From Malacoraja senta (lineage: Eukaryota), in assembly GCA_038087875.1 (NCBI GenBank), contig CM075989.1, positions 1,984,001-2,048,000 of the forward strand: a stretch of DNA of 64,000 bases, in the 5' to 3' direction. Of this stretch, positions 24,498-38,299 are shown in pieces. The translations under genes were made by a program, and so were the position numbers. How positions within the stretch are numbered: position 1 is the stretch's first letter; the number at the start of each line of letters is the position of its first letter. The notes under the pieces were generated by a model. It was not told the DNA's origin, did no database searches, and saw nothing but the letters and a program-made list of their open reading frames with translations.

Positions 24498-24914
24498 ATG
24501 TCAAGATGAACTCTCGTCTGCTTGCACATGATCCATATTCCTCCATTTCCATTATTAAACCATTCTCTGAGTTGCTGCAGCATTTTGTGTCTATCATCGA
24601 TGTAAACCTGCATCTAAAGTCCCTTCTACACATTTTGAACAACTTGATCTACTCTCCACTCCTTCGTGACCACACCTATGGCTAGAGAAGATGCAAAGAT
24701 CTTCGTCAAGGCCTCTGCAATCTCCTCTCCTGCTTCTCCCAATAAACTGGGATAGATCCCATCAGGTCCTGGGATTTATCCACCCAATGGTCTGCTTGGT
24801 TAGAATCTGTAATGCCCTGCCTCAGGAGATGTTGGAGTGAGACTTTGTTTACATTTAAGAAATATCTAGATAAGCACTTCTATCTCTAAGATATAGAAGT
24901 GATGAATATCGCTT

Positions 24915-25225
24915 CGGTGGCATGGTGGCGGGTAGAGTTGCTGCCTCACAGCGCTAGATCCTCCGGGTTCGATCCTGACTACAGTTGCTGTCTGAACAGA
25001 GTTTGTACGTTCTCCACGTGACCTGCGTGGTTTTCTCTGAGATCTTCGGTTTCCTCCCACACTCCAAAGACGTCCAGGTCTGTAGGTTGATTGGCTTGGT
25101 ATAAATGTAAATTGTCATTACTGTGTGTAGGATAGTGTTAATGTGCGGGGATCGCTAGTTAGTGTGGACTCAGTGTGTTGAAGGGCCTGTTTCCAAGCTG
25201 CATCTCTAAAACTAAAAAACTAAAG
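24915..25225 (+). mobile_element. HE1-type V-SINE
   Basis: Full length. Confidence 0.9.
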
Positions 25226-25835
25226 TCCACAGTGGAGTGAGAGCAGAGCCAATACCTCACATTGCCAGAGACCTGGGTTCAATAGCGACTTTAGGGTGCT
25301 GTCTGCGAGTTTGTACCCATGGGTCAAATGTCAGCATTGTATTACAGAGAAGAGTTCTGAGATGAATGAGACCGTGCTGAAGGTTCTGTCAATGATATTC
25401 TCAACGTATTAGTCTGTAATCGAAAATTACCTCTAACATTATATGGCATTATAACAGTCCATAATCCTTCAGTGTGTAATATAGTCAATACATTATCTGA
25501 ATGTAATATAATTACATTATGCACTATGCTGCTGTCTAATGTGAACATTTATAATGCATAACCATCTGTACAATGTGCAGGTGCCTATAATATTTTGAAA
25601 AACATCATATAACAATCGGCAAGAAAGCATAGTTCGTAAATTAATCTGATTTAAAATGCAATTTATAATATTATTTAATGAGGGGATTATTCCAGGGCGC
25701 TGCACAAGGGTGACAAGCACAAAATACCAAGCATGGAAAATTCCTTCCATACTGTAAATCAACAGTGGATGTTGGAGGCAGGGTGGAATGCACTGTTGCG
25801 ACAATATACCATGCTTAGAACTATTATATACATAT

Positions 25836-26623
25836 TTCTGAAGAAGGTCTCGATCCAAAATTTCTTCAGTCCATTCCCTCAACAGATGCTGCCTGACCCG
25901 CTGAGTTCCTCTAACAAGTGTACTGCTTGTATGCCTCAATGTCACCTTCCCCTCAGCTAACAATGTATCATTCTACATTTCCTTGATCATCGTTCTCTTT
26001 GATCAGTGTTTTCTCACCTTCCCCTTCCATATCTCTATGTCTCCCTCTCCACTGACTCTCAGTCTGAAGAATGGACTCGACCCGAAACGTCACCCATTCC
26101 TTCTCTCCGGAGATGCAGCCTGAACCGCTGAGTTGCTCCAATGTTTTTTGTGTCTGTCTTTGGGTTTGTCTAGCATGTTGTGTTTTGCTAAGCATTGCAT
26201 ACACTTATTATAGCTTGTATTAGATGGTCATCATTAATGTAACGTATCACCAAGGTGCATGTAATGTGAAGATGGACACAAAATGCTGGAGTAACTCAGC
26301 GGGACAGGCAGATCTCTGGTGAGAAGGAATGGGTGATGTTTCGGGTTGAGAACCTTCTTCAGACTGAGAGTCGGGGGAGCGGGAGAGATATGGATGGGTA
26401 AGATGTGAAAAGGAGAGAGCGAAGGGGATGGAGATCGATGTGATGTAACATAGCATCATTGCTGTCCATTTATTGAGGGAGTTGCATTTATACAAAGAGT
26501 TGTGTGCCATAAATGTTTCCAATTACAGTCTGAAAATGGGTCTCGACCCGAAATGTCACCCATTCCCTCTCTCCAGAGATGCTGCCTGTCCCGCTGAGTT
26601 ACTCCAGCATTTTGTGTCTATCT
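25836..26623. mobile_element. Cluster of PLE terminal units on both strands
   Basis: Motifs at ~25838 (+), 26064 (+), 26335 (-), 26530 (+). Confidence 0.8.
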
Positions 26624-27413
26624 CCAGTTACAATGTTGGGCGTGAAGTAGCAGTTACAACTCGTCCCATTCAAAAAAACCAAGCGTGCTTTGTGGTGGTT
26701 TTGGCTGCTTTTGTTGTGTCGGGGACTGCAAGCACAGCGTTTGGCACATTTTCCGCAGGCATTTCATGTTTATTTCATTTCACAGACAGGAACAAAATGA
26801 ATGTGAATGGAATGTTTTTTTTCTGTGGCCCAGCTGTTAAATAATGCATTGATCGCACAGGTTAAACAAATCCCTCTACTGAATGTCACTTACTGCAGGG
26901 CTGTAAGAGGAAAGGTTCGGTGAATACTTTGCTTGGGAATTATAGGAGAATTGTGCTACAACCAACAGGAGAATTCTCTGCTTTAACAATTGATGATCTT
27001 TACAGCTGATAAAAAACGGTTCGAACCACCAGGGCCAACACCACAACAGCCACTTGCAGAGACTGCTGCCACTGACATGAGTTACTTAATGAATACTGAA
27101 CAAATAAACAACCTCCCGAGAGGGTTGCCGTCTCTGCAGGGTCTTTGGCATGCTGCACACGGCTGCAATATATTCACGCATCCTGGAATGGCAAGGAATG
27201 ACAATACACAACAGGTCCAAGCTCCAACACTGGATAAAGGAATATGCAACCTTGTGCATACAGCATGGAAACGGGCTATTCGGCCCAACTCGACCATGCC
27301 TAAATGGCCCAACCGTGATAGTCCTACTTGTGTACGGGCAGGAGAGTGGGGGAAATGGTTGTGTATCCGGGTTTGGTATAGGGAAGAGAGAGGAGAAGGA
27401 AGGTGAGGCTGGG

Positions 27414-27715
27414 TTTAGTTTAGTTTAGAGATAGAGCGTAGAAACAGGCCCTTCGGCTCACCGAGTCCGCGCTGACCAGCGATCCCAGCATATTAACATT
27501 ATCCTACACATACTAAGGACAATGTTTACATTTACCAAGCCAATTATCCTATAAACCTGAATGTCTTTGGAGCGTGGGAATAAACCGAAGATCTCGGAGA
27601 AAACCCACGCGGTCACGGGGAGAACGTACAAACTCCGTACAGACAGCACCCGTAGTCGGGATTGAAGCCGGGTCGATGGCGCTGTGAGGCAGCAACTCTA
27701 CCATTGCGCCACTGT
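27414..27715 (-). mobile_element. HE1-type V-SINE
   Basis: Full-length reverse copy. Confidence 0.9.
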
Positions 27716-27721
27716 AGGCTG

Positions 27722-27905
27722 TTCACTAAAATTGGAATATTCAACCTTCACACTGGAAGGTTGTAAGCTACTCAAGTGAAATATGAGGTGATGTTCGTCC
27801 TGTTTGCTTGTGGCCTCACTCTGACAATGGAGGAGGCCCAGGACACAAAGGACAGAATGGGAATGGAAAGAGGAATTAAAATGGTGAACAATCAGGAGAT
27901 CCAGC
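27722..27905 (-). pseudogene. Penelope-like element ORF C-terminus (GIY-YIG region)
   Basis: Translates to HHFNSSFHSH..VLGLLHCQSEA..DEHHLIFHLSSLQPSSVKVEYSNF. Confidence 0.75.
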
Positions 27906-28217
27906 GGAACTTCTTGGACGAACCAAACTATTAGTGTGTTTTTTCTAATTTATTATTGGATATTTTCAAAGATCGCAATATTCTGCCTGAATATTTCCCA
28001 CACTTTCATCCCACTTTATTCCTCTGTTATTTGGAGATTGAATGTTGGTGGAGTTCTGTATCACTCGAGCTTGTCTGCACTGCACAGATCTGTAATATGT
28101 CTGTCAACATCACTCACCTTAACTCTCTGTTCAATACACTTGCCTGTTACTATGGCTACAGAGGCCCACTGTAGGTGACTCACACCACACAGGATTGTGG
28201 TCCTGGCTGGAATCTTC

Positions 28218-29005
28218 CATAAGGTCATAAGTGATAGGAGCAGAATTAGGCCATTCGGCCCATCAAGTCTACTCTGCCATTCAATCATGGCTGATCGATC
28301 TCTGCCTCCTCACCCCATTCTCATGCCTTCTCCCCATAACCCCTGACCCCCATACTAATCAAGAATCTGTCTATCTCTGCCTTAAAAATATCCATTGACG
28401 GCCTCCACAGCTTTCAGTAGCAATGAATTCCACAGATTCACTACCCTCTGACCAAAGAAATTCCTCCACATTTCCTCCCTAAAGGAATGTCCTTTAATTC
28501 TGAGGCTATGACCTCTGGTCTTAGACTCTCCCACAAGTGGAAACATCCTCTCCACATCCACGATCCAGGCCTTTCACTATTAGGTAAGTATTTGGGATGA
28601 ATTCTTCAATGGAATACATAGAAACATAGAAACATAGAAAATAGGTGCAGGAGTAGGCCATTCGGCCCTTCGAGCCTGCACCGCCATTCAATATGATCAT
28701 GGCTGATCATCCAACTCAGTATCCTGTACCTGCCTTCTCTCCATACCCTCTGATCCCTTTAGCCACTATGGGCCACATCTAACTCCCTCTTAAATATAGC
28801 CAATGAACTGGCCTCAACTACCTTCTGCGGCAGAGAATTCCACAGATTCACAACTCTCTGTGTGAAATTTTTTTTTCTCATCTCGGTCCTAAAAGACTTC
28901 CCCCTTATCCTTAAACTGTGACCCCTTGCTCTGGACTTTGCCAACATCGGGAACAATCTTCTTGCATCTAGCCTGTCCAACCCCTTAAGAATTTTGTAAG
29001 TTTGT
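28218..29005 (-). mobile_element. Two adjacent CR1/HER1 3' fragments
   Basis: 3'UTR tails at 28218 and 28615; RVVNLWNSLP-encoding sequence. Confidence 0.85.
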
Positions 29006-29109
29006 GAGCCCTACTGCTCCAGTCCTCATTTCCTTTTACTACACAAATTGTATTGCTTCACGATTCACAATGTTACCCAAAGTACTCTCAGAGTACTTAG
29101 TACTCAGAG

Positions 29110-29410
29110 TGCTCTATTGCCCAGAGTAGGGGAATTGAGAACCAGAGGACATAGGTTTAAGGCGAAGAGAGAAAGTTGTAATAGGAATCTGAGGGGTGTA
29201 GGTGGTGGGTGTATGGATCGAGCTGCCAGAGGAGGTAGTTGAGGTAGAGACTATTGCAACGTTTAAGAAACAACTGGATAGGTACATGGATAGGACAGGT
29301 TTGGAGGGATATGGGGCAAATGCAGGCAAGTAGATGAGACATGTTGGTGGGTGTGGGCAAGTTGGGCCGAAGGGCCTGTTTCCACGCTGTATATCTGTAT
29401 GACTCTATGT
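29110..29410 (+). mobile_element. CR1 3' end carrying the tail shared with HE1
   Basis: RTRGHRFK; ends gggccgaagggcctgtttcc, the same tail as the SINE. Confidence 0.8.
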
Positions 29411-30096
29411 TGCACTTAAAATGCACAACTGGCAATTATTGCTAAGCACTTCTTCCTCTTAACATGCTCTCCATCATTCTCCAAAAGAACCACCTCAGCA
29501 CAGGACAAGAACACGTGACCAGAGTGGACACAACACAGAGAAAGCATGGGGTTTCAAAGTGTAGACGAGCAGCATCTGTGGAGTGAGGGGTCTGGTGACA
29601 CTTAGAGTCAGGACACTTTTTCACATCGATCCCAAATGTATGAAGAAGGGTCCTGATCCGAAGCCCGTCCATTTCCCTCCACAGATGCTGCCTGGCCCAC
29701 TGCATTCCTCCAGCACTTTGTGCTTTGTTCAAGATTCCAACATCTGCAGTTCCTTGTGTCTCCAGGCTTGTAAGTATGATTGGACTACTAATGGGGAGGT
29801 CTAACATGGCCGCGGATGTATACTCTTTACGTGGACAGTGCACGGCTCAAGTATATAGACTGCTCTGATCCTACAGAGATTGAATTAGAAGTCAGTGGAA
29901 AGATAGAACTCTTCTAAGATAGTGCTTGTACCCCACAGTGAGATACAATACTTCTAGAGATCTGAACCAGAAGTTACATCCCAGATGCAATGAGTTGAAT
30001 AAAATATCTCCAAAACAGAAGCTATTTTAATAGTTAATGTGATGCACTGTCCACTTGAAAAATTGGGAATTCATTTAGCCTACAGAACACGGGTGA

Positions 30097-30517
30097 TACG
30101 GTGGCACAGCGGTAGAGTTGCTGCCTCACAGCGCCAGAGACCCAGGTTCGAACCTGACTACGGGTGCTGCCTGTGGGTAGTTTGTACATTCTCCCTGTGA
30201 ACCGCGTGAGTTATCTCCGGGTGCTCCGGTTTCCTCCCACATTTCACAGAAGTGCAGGTTTGAAGGTTCAAAGATGTTAAAAAAAAAAACATTGAGAACT
30301 ATATTTATTGTTTTAGATGTGAAAATGTATTAATATATTTTTGTGGATACGATTTCATGATGTTGGTGTTTGTAATTTCATGCTGCGCTTCTACCAAGGT
30401 CTTGATATGGATTGTGTTTTAGTTTAACGTTAATAGGCCTCGGTAATAATTGTAAATTGTCCTTAGAGTGTAGGATAGTGCTAGTGTACGGCTAGCGGTC
30501 GGCACGGATTCGGCAGG
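30097..30517 (+). mobile_element. HE1-type V-SINE interrupted by a 165-bp inverted duplication
   Basis: SINE 30097-30268, resumes 30431-30517; tail missing. Confidence 0.85.
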
Positions 30518-30677
30518 ACGTTAAATTAAACACAATCACATCAAGACCTTGGTAGAAACGCAGCATGAAATTACAAACACCAACATCATGAAATCGTATC
30601 CACAAAAATATATTAATACATTTTCACATCTAAAACAATAATATAGTTCTCAATGTTTTTTTTTAACATCTTTGAAC
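30266..30677. repeat. ~160-bp inverted repeat (30266-30430 and 30518-30677)
   Basis: Arms are near-identical reverse complements. Confidence 0.95.
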
Positions 30678-31439
30678 GATGGAGATATTCCATAAAGTCG
30701 GGTTTACGAAGGCAATTCCTTGAACTTCTCCATGGTGTGACTAAGCTGCATGCTCACGCCCCACGGCACTACTTATGACTGATGAGGCTTCTGGACGGAT
30801 GAAATGAGTGCAGAAGCCACAGCTATTGAAAGTTGTATCCCACACATTCTGATTATTTCAGACATGAGGCAGGAATTTAATGAGAAGCCGAGATGAAGAT
30901 ATTTCGGGGTAATAGCCGCTCACCAATACATTTCATAATATCACGTTGGTGGAGATAATGGGAATTGATGCATGTTTAATATTTATGAAATACAATCTAT
31001 TTCTGAAACAGGCGCGCTGATACTGTTCAGCCTATTATTAAAACACTTCAAATTCAGGACGAAAACTCTGAGCTCTGTAATGTCACCGATGATTGTCTGA
31101 TTTGACTTTTGTTTTGATGTCATCTCTTCCTTTACTCATTGTTCCAACTCAGTCCAGACTGGCACTGGGGTCAATTGTTTTCAGTCCGTTCCAGTTAATT
31201 GTGACAAAACTAACAAAATCATTCTTCCCACTGAGCACAAACAACCTACCCTGTCAAACAAGTGGCCAATTTATTCAATCTTCTGGAGGTAGCTGTCTGC
31301 AGCAGCACATGGAGTTTCTTGTGTGGGGGAGTCACCTAGTATTCATTATTACCAAAAGACCTACGAACATAAGGATTTGAGCGGGAGCAAGCAATCATCT
31401 CCTCGAGGCTGAAACATCTTATAGTAAGATCTTGTCTGA

Positions 31440-31790
31440 TAGAGTCATAGAGTTACACAGTGTGGAAACAGGCCCTTCGGCCCAACTTGCCCACACTGGC
31501 TAACATGTCTCATTTACACTAGTTCCACCTGCCTGCGCTTGCTCAATATCCCTCCAAACTTGTCCTATCCATGTACCTGTCTAACTGTTTCTTAAGCATC
31601 GGGATAGTCCCAGCCTCAACTACCTCCTCTGGCAGCTCGTTCCATACACCCACCACCCTTTGTGTGGAAAAAGTTATCTCTCAAATTCCTATGAAATCTT
31701 TTCCCTTCACCTTAAACCTATGTCCTCTGGTCTTTGATTCACCTACTCTGGGCAAGAGAGACTCTGTGCATCTACCCGATTACTCTGTCT
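31440..31790 (-). mobile_element. CR1 3' end
   Basis: Reverse complement of the same tail and ORF end as 29110-29410. Confidence 0.8.
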
Positions 31791-31921
31791 TACCCGATCT
31801 TGCTCTAACCTCAATTCCCCACCATCCATCTAGCCACAATAACCTTTTATCTATCTATCTATCTGTCTGTCTGTCCGTCCATCCATCCATCCATCCATCC
31901 ATCCATCCATCCATCCATCCT

Positions 31922-32368
31922 TAGACTTAGATTCCTTTATTTGTCATTCAGACCATTCGGTCCTGAACGAAATTTCCTTGCCTGCAGTCATACATATAAT
32001 AAATAACAAACACACAATAAACACAAATTAACATCCACCACAGTGAGTTCACCAGGCACCTCCTCGATGTGATGGAGGCAAACGTCTTAAAGTCTCTGTC
32101 TCTTCCCTCTTTGTTCTCCCTCTGCGCTGAGGCGATCCAGGCTTCTGACACTGTGACCCCGCCGGGTGATGGCAAGTCAGTCCCGCGGCTGAATCCGTGC
32201 TCCGTCCACGACGGGCCGGTTCAAACTCCGCCGGCCCGGGGTGGCCGAAGCTGCCGCCCTCCAGTCCAGCGGACGCAGCTGTAGTTGCGGGAGCCCCAGA
32301 AAAACAGGTCACCCACCTGTGACCTGCGAGCTCCCGACGATGTCGTCCACTGGGCCCGCGGCCGAGCC

Positions 32369-32370
<2 letters not shown>
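31922..32370 (-). mobile_element. Same GC-rich non-autonomous family
   Basis: Shared hairpin block; (TCTAAG) tail. Confidence 0.6.
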
Positions 32371-32481
<111 letters not shown>

Positions 32482-33200
32482 CTGCATTAAAGAACATTTG
32501 AAGACTCGACTTCCAATATCTTTTCAGGAGAGAGTTCCAAAGAACCCATGGGAAACAAAATCTCCTCATCTCTACTTTAAATGCCAACTTTTACATTTAA
32601 ACAGAGAATCCCGCATCTAGATTTCTCCCACAAAGAGAAATATTCTCCACACATCCACTCTTTCAAAACCTGTGACATATGTTCCAGTAATGTGTTGGCT
32701 GTGATGCTTCTGCAAGCAAGATTTCCGTAGTACCTGTACTCCACTGTAGACATGCATAGGACAAGAAATTTAACATGACTTGACCTGACTTTAGTCAAAG
32801 ATAGACATAAAGTGTTGGAGTAACTCAGAGGGTCAGGCAGCTTCTCTGGAGAACAGCAATAGGTAATGCTTCCGAGGGGGAGTCTGAAGGAGGGGTCCCG
32901 ACCCGAAACGGCACCCATCCACATTCTTTGAAAATTGAAAGGTTGGTTTGCGATTTGCAGTAACATTAGATGTACTGCAGAGGTCACAAGTGATTGATTG
33001 ATAGTTTATTATCATATGTGACAAGTTACAGTGACATTATTTGGTTTGCACACCATACACAGGGTATGCAAAGAGTCGCCACATATAGGCCGCCGACACA
33101 GTTACAAGGTATTCAGTGTAGTCCCCAATGGACCCTCTTTGTTCTCAGCGCCCCATCCCACCCCAAGCCGGGTCCCTCTTTGGAGTGGGATGGAGGGAGG

Positions 33201-33236
33201 AATGGGAATGGGAATGGGAATGGGAATGGGAATGGA
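33201..33236. repeat. (AATGGG)n
   Basis: Seen directly. Confidence 0.9.
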
Positions 33237-34137
33237 GTGAGGACTGGTGGGACGACAACAATCCCCCATTTAGATGGGAAAGTCACAGCTGACCGCAAAT
33301 GGAAGTGTACGAGGAAACAGCTGAACTTGCGGACATTCGATGGAAGATATCAACAGAGTCGTGCCTAGACCTTGGCACGAGTTCAGGAGGACTCATCGAA
33401 TTGGGGAGCATCTTTGGAGAGAGAAACATTAACACTGCAAGTTGACGAACCATCTCTTCCTTTCACAGATAAAGCCAGACCTGATGAGCATTTCCAGCAT
33501 TCCTTACAGATGTTCAGCAGTCACAGTTCTTTGTCGGGGGAGAGAACAAGATTTGAGAGCAGAGGTCGGGCACTGTAAATTACAATGCTTCATGTAGTGA
33601 CTGAACAAATCCATTAGAAATGAATTCTTATCAATAGAGTCAATTGAATTACACTGTTTTCAACTGGTAGTTAATGAACCTGCCGGAGATGCTGTATAAG
33701 CCCAACACTTGCCTATAATTGGGACAGATACTATCTGAAGACATTTATCTTCACAGAAAGAGTTAGTAAGTGAATATTTATATATAAAATGACAGGTCAA
33801 GAGGTTTCAATAAGCCTGACTCAAGAAATAGTCAAAATCAAAGTTTAAAATGGGACTAATTTGTCTATTTATGCTTCACCCCATTATTATCGTGAGCTGC
33901 CAAAGCAGATTTAATGAGGGAGGTGCCAGGATACAATTATCTGAACAACACAGAGATGCATGTTGGAACATAATTGAGTGAGCCGCAGGGAAAAGAAATT
34001 ATGATATAATTAACTTAACAGCAGAAACTGATACTGAGAATTACTGCAACTGTTGATCTTTACACTAATTCTCTTCCCTCTTTGCTGTGACGGCAGTGCC
34101 CCACTGTTCTTCATGCTCACGGACAAAGTTAGTGGCA

Positions 34138-34425
34138 TTTAGTTTAGTTTAGAGATACAGCGCAGAAACTGGCCCTTGGCACCACCGAGCCCGCACATTA
34201 GCACGATCCTGCACACATTTACAATTTTCAATTTTATAATTTACAATCTTACCAAAGCCAATTAACCTACAAACCTGTACGTTGTTGGAGTGTTGGGGGG
34301 TTGGGGGGGACCGGAAATCCTGGAGAAAACCCACGCAGGTCACAGGGTGATTGCACAAACTCCCGTACAGACAGCACCTGTAGTCAGGATTGAACCTGGA
34401 TCTCTGCCGCTGTGCCACCGTGCCT
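34138..34425 (-). mobile_element. HE1-type V-SINE
   Basis: Reverse copy with a short internal deletion. Confidence 0.85.
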
Positions 34426-35033
34426 TTGTCTCAGATTTAGGCAGCTGTAAAGGCATTGTCCACAGCATGTTAGCTGAAGGAGGATGTCACTGGAGTTCCC
34501 TGCGCGCCTTCTCTCGTGAGACCACTGGATGGATGCCTGGACACTGAGTCCTAAATCCCTATGCTTTCCTTAGTCCACTCATACTGTCTTTCCACTCACT
34601 GCTTAGCACGCAACAAAAGCTCTCACTGTACCTCGGTACACGTGACAATAAACTAAACAACTCACATTTTTTGCCATAAATGGCTGAGGGGAGTCGTGAC
34701 AGAGTATGTAACATTCTGAGAGGCATAAATAAGGCAGGCAGTCAGACCTTTTTCCTGGGGTGCTAATGTCAAAGACTAAAGGGCATAGTTTAAGGTTTAG
34801 AGGAGTTTAAAGGAGATGTGCAGGGCAAGGATTTTTACACAAAGGGTGGTGGGTGCCTGGAATACTTTGTCTGGTGCAGGCACATACAATAGTGGCGTTT
34901 GAGAGATGTTTGGAGTTGCATGTGGATATGCAGGTAGTGGAGGGATATGGATCACGTGCAAACAGAGGAGATTAGTTAACAGCTTTGCATTCAGCACAGA
35001 CATTGTGGGCCGAAAGGCCTGTTGTTATGCTAA

Positions 35034-35304
35034 AAAAGGAACTGCAGATGCTGGAAAATCAAAGGTACACAAAAATGCTGGAGAAACTCAGCGGGTGCAG
35101 CAGCATCTATGGAGCGAAGGAGATAGGCAACGTTTCGGGCGATTCTGATTCTGATTCTGATTCTGATCACCATCTCTATCTCTCGTTTCCCTTTCCCCTG
35201 AATCTCAGTCTGAAGAAGGGTTTCGGCCCAAAACGTTGCCTATCTCCTTCGCTCCATAGATGTTGCTGGCCCGCTGAGTTTCTCCAGCATTTTTGTGTAC
35301 CTTC
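35034..35304. mobile_element. PLE inverted unit (subfamily B) inserted in a CR1 tail
   Basis: Inverted arms; imperfect TSD ctgttg(t/c)t(a/g)tgcta. Confidence 0.8.
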
Positions 35305-35599
35305 TGTTGCTGTGCTATACTGTTCTATGTTCTAAAATGATGAGGGTGGGATGCAGGAAATGCAGCCCCATAATAAAGGTAAATTAAACATCTGGACACA
35401 CATTTAAGGTAAGAGGGGAGAGATTTAGAGTGATCTGAGGGGAAGCTACTCCACCCGGAGATGGTGGAGGCTGTGTCTCTGACGGCGTTGAAGGCAATGG
35501 ACCAGGGTGCTGGAAGATGGCGTTAATATGTAAGGGCACCATAGACATTAAAAAACATGTGGACAGCTACAGATGCATGGACAGGATAAGTTTAGAAGG

Positions 35600-36752
35600 A
35601 AGGCACAAAATGCTGGAGTAATTCAATAGGTCAGACAGCATCTCTGGAGAAAAGGAATGGGTGACTTTTCAGCTCGAGACCCTTCTTCAGACTGAGATTC
35701 AGAGGAAAGGGAAACGAGAGATATAGATGGTAATCAGAATCAGAATCAGAATCAGAATCAGAATCGCACTTTATTCGCCAAGTATGTTTTGCAACATACG
35801 AGGAATTTCATTGGCCAGGTCAGTCATACAATTTAAAAGTAACAGATCATTCAAAAACACATTTTAACATGAACATCCACCACAGTGACTCCTCCACATT
35901 CCTCACTGTGATAGAAGGCGAAATAAAGTTCAAGTCCTTCCCTTAGTTCTTCCTCGGTTGTGGGCCTCGAGCCCCCATTGACGGGACGATCTTGACTCCC
36001 GTAGCCGGCGGCATTCGGGCTCTCCGCATCGAGGCGATCTGCTCCCGCATCGGGGGGGGGATGTCAGCTCTCCCGCGCCGGGCGATCGAACCCTGCGTCG
36101 GGGCTGGTTGAACCTTCTGCGTCGTTGGAGCTCCCGACTCGGCCTCACCCGAAGACTGCGAGCCCTTGATGTTGGTTCCATGGTGGTCGCGGTGGGAGCG
36201 ATCACAGGCAAGGGATCATCTCCGATGTTAAGTCCGCGCCCCGCGGTGGGGCTCACGACAGTCCGAGAAGGCTTCCAGCTCCAGCGATGGAAGGCCGCAG
36301 AGCACGCCGGAGAATGTGATCCGAAAAATGATCACATCTCCGGCAAGATAGGGACTTGAAAAAAAGTTTCTCCCCTCTTCCCCCTCCCCACATAAAACAA
36401 ACCGAAGAACATTAAAACAAAACTTTTAACAAACTAAAAAATAACAAAAGAGTGAAAAGACAAACAGACTGCCAGCAGGGCTGCCATCTCCCCGGTGATG
36501 TCGAGAGATATAGAACAATTGAATGAAAGAGATGCAAAAAAAGTTACGATGATATAGGAAACAGACCATTGTTAGCTGTTTGTTCGGTGAGAATGTGTAC
36601 AGACAATCAGACTCAACAAGACGACTTGGAAGCTGGTGAGACTTGGGTGGGCGATGAACACAGAGAGAGGGAATGCAGAGGTTACTTGAAGTTAGAGAAA
36701 TTGCTATTCATACCACTGGGTTGTAAGCTGCCCAAGTGAAATATGAGATGTT
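35600..36752 (-). mobile_element. PLE 3' end (ORF end to HHR-bearing terminus), split by an insertion at 35732-36490
   Basis: EHLIFHLGSLQPSGMNSNFSNFK* at ~36682-36753 is linked through a pyrimidine-rich UTR to the cttcttcagact terminal unit. Confidence 0.8.
35732..36490 (-). mobile_element. Same family, apparently full length
   Basis: Starts agatggcagccc; ends aataaagtgcga(ttctga)n; cleanly interrupts a PLE. Confidence 0.7.
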
Positions 36753-38299
36753 CAGAAGGATATGGGCCAAAACAGGCAGGTGGGACTAGTGTAGGTGGGG
36801 CATGTTGGTCGGCGTGGGCAAGTTGGGCCTAAGGGCCTGTTTCCTTGCTGTATGACCCTATGATTCTATAACACAGGTCGAGTTTGGCCGAATGGTTTGC
36901 TTCTCTGTTGCCTTATTCCATGACTGTGACTCATTCTGCCTCTTGTGCCGAGCTTGATGGAGTGAGTCACTGAGCACTGAGCAGGCCTTCGTAGAGTCAC
37001 ACAACATGAATACAGACCCCAAAGCCCCTCATCCATGCTGACCAAAATGTCCCATCTAAGCTCGTCCCATTTGGCCACGTTTGGCCCATATCCCTCTAAA
37101 TCTTTCCTGTCCACTCTACTCTATCTACTTTGGTGTGACCACTTGAATGGGCTCTGCACCTGCAAGACATCCATGGAGAAATGAGAGGCACAAAAAGCTG
37201 GAGTAACTCAGCGGGACAGGCAGCATCTCTGGCGAGGAGGAATGGGTGACGTCTCAGGTCGAGACCCTTGTTCAGACCCAGGCCCCTTTCTCCTTCATCT
37301 TTACTATTACCTTCCTACACAAGACACGGGAGACTGCAGATGCTGGATGGAATCTGGAGCAACGAACAAACCAATGAAGAACTCTGCGGGTCGAGCAGGG
37401 TCTGAGGGGAGGAGGGGAGGAGGGAAGACATTCCGTGACCAAACCCTGTGGCAAGACAGGGCGATGCAGGGTCTCGACACGAATCATCCAGCCTTCCGTT
37501 CCCACACCGCTGGCTTCATCCAGCAGATGGTTTGTTGCTGTTGAAAGTCATGAATGTTGCCTTTCGCATCATGCACTTTAAATAGGATCCTCAAGGACTC
37601 CAGTGATTTAGTACATTCTGCGACTTAGGATCATGGCCAAACATTGACTAAGAGTGCTCAGGGAATAATCACTTAAACTAAGCATGCCCTGGCGATATTC
37701 CTGCTTGTAAAGAGACGGATACTGTAAATGGTGCCCGCGTATACCAATGGCCTGATTTCTCTTGACTGAGCTCTTTTGCCCAAGGATGGTATCATGTTAT
37801 CTCTCGAGGGGACAGGCAACCACACTGCATGTTTTTACATTACTACATTACGCCATTAACTTCACACACACAACAGTTTTACGTCAACAACAAAGCTCCT
37901 TGTGATGTATCATAAATCATTCACGATATAGGTAGACAGACATGAATGATATCTTCAATACAAGGTTCCTGTAACTTATTTATTAATTTGCAAATCTTCG
38001 CTGGGAATTATCTATGATAAATCATCTGCATCTCTCAAGCGTTAAAAAATTCATTTGATTTATAATGCATAAGCTCAGTCATTTATTTATCAACGGTAAA
38101 GGTGAATTTTTACATTCACATTTGTTTCATTCTTCCAGGTCAGGAGAGAAAGGGAAATGAAGAATGAGATCCTTCACCCAGGGGGATTGAAAATTGATCT
38201 TGTCCCACCTGCATCCAAGCTACTTTCCTTGGAATAAGGAGGGCAGGTCTGGCTAACATCTCCCCTTCCTGATCCATGGCACCATGCTATCACTTGCTG

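Noticed and set aside
23830..24642. 270-aa minus-strand ORF
   Set aside because: Runs through (TG)n, Helitron interior and a PLE unit; no protein-like content
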